Origin: Oscillospiraceae bacterium
GTDB taxonomy: Bacteria; Bacillota; Clostridia; Oscillospirales; Ruminococcaceae
Direction of reading: 5' to 3'
Length of the DNA: 64,000 bases
Assembly: GCA_014799395.1 (NCBI GenBank)
Contig: JAAVID010000003.1
Coordinates: 63,105-127,104, forward strand
Shown: positions 63,307 through 64,000 of the stretch, in pieces
Position numbering within the stretch: the stretch's first letter is position 1
Layout of the letters: every line of letters starts with the position of its first letter
The notes under the pieces: generated by a model
The model's input: only the letters and a program-made list of their open reading frames with translations
Databases searched by the model: none
What the model was told of the DNA's origin: nothing
Position numbers and translations under genes: made by a program

Positions 63307-64000
63307 TCGTCACCATAGCACTGCATATACAGATTTTCCAGCGTTTTCTCCGCGTCCTCCACCTTTTCGCAAAGCTCTGCAACGCTTCCGTTTTCGATAA
63401 TTTCTCCCGATTTTATCATCACTATCTTGTCGGCGATAGTCTCGATATCCGACACGATATGCGTTGAAACAATGATTATTCTCCCCTCGGAAAGCGAACC
63501 GATAAGCCGCCGGATTATCACGCGCTGTTTCGGGTCAAGACCCGCGGTCGGCTCGTCGAGAATTATCAGCTTCGGGTCGCCGAGAAGCGCCTGCGCTATA
63601 AGAACGCGCTGCTTCATTCCTCCCGAAAAACCGCCGATTTTTTTATTCGCGCAGTCCGATAACTCCACGAGTTCAAGAACCCGCGCGGCTTCGCCTTTAA
63701 TTTCTTTGGGAGGAATACCCTTTAAAGCCGCCAGATAACCGACAAACCGCTCCGCCGTAAACGTCGGATACAGCTCCTGCTGCTGCGGCATAAACCCGAT
63801 AAGACTGCGGAATCTCACGCCGAGCGACGACGTTTTTTCGCCGTTCCAGAATATCCCGCCGCCGATGTCCGCCGGGATATTCTGCGTGACGATATTCATA
63901 AGCGTGGACTTGCCCGCGCCGTTGGGTCCGAGCAAACCGTAAATGCCGTCGGTAAGCGTTATGGAAACGTTATTCAGCGCGGCTTTTTTGCCGTAGTGCT
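63303..64000 (-). CDS. ABC transporter ATP-binding protein (5' end outside window)
   Basis: GPNGAGKST, FSGGMKQR, LDEPT. Confidence 0.92.
   Translation of the reverse strand, partial: HYGKKAALNNVSITLTDGIYGLLGPNGAGKSTLMNIVTQNIPADIGGGIFWNGEKTSSLGVRFRSLIGFMPQQQELYPTFTAERFVGYLAALKGIPPKEIKGEAARVLELVELSDCANKKIGGFSGGMKQRVLIAQALLGDPKLIILDEPTAGLDPKQRVIIRRLIGSLSEGRIIIVSTHIVSDIETIADKIVMIKSGEIIENGSVAELCEKVEDAEKTLENLYMQCYGDE

Overview
Positions 1 to ~46,228 are a temperate siphovirus-type prophage in a Clostridia host (Oscillospiraceae/Ruminococcaceae-like by gene content; this is inference). Its left end lies outside the window. Nearly all phage genes are on the - strand. Reading right to left: large serine recombinase, immunity region (TM2-HIRAN protein, tandem-domain lipoprotein, CI/Cro), an early/middle region with an HUH rolling-circle-type Rep and several deletion scars, packaging and HK97-type head genes, tail, lysis, then a six-gene cassette resembling spore-surface/sporulation proteins. 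The prophage cuts an AsnO-like asparagine synthetase gene exactly at its SGECADE motif. A 16-bp LacI/cre-like palindrome (TTGCAAnnGATTGCAA) occurs six times in the phage, including upstream of the integrase and inside terL. 46.2-64 kb is host chromosome: LacI regulator, cysteine desulfurase, dtd, sirtuin, an operon with a DUF6734-like and a GSF/HEWEWEW-repeat protein, a REP-like inverted repeat, pyk, an SGNH lipoprotein and an ABC transporter. All family assignments come from motif recognition by eye; no database search was run.
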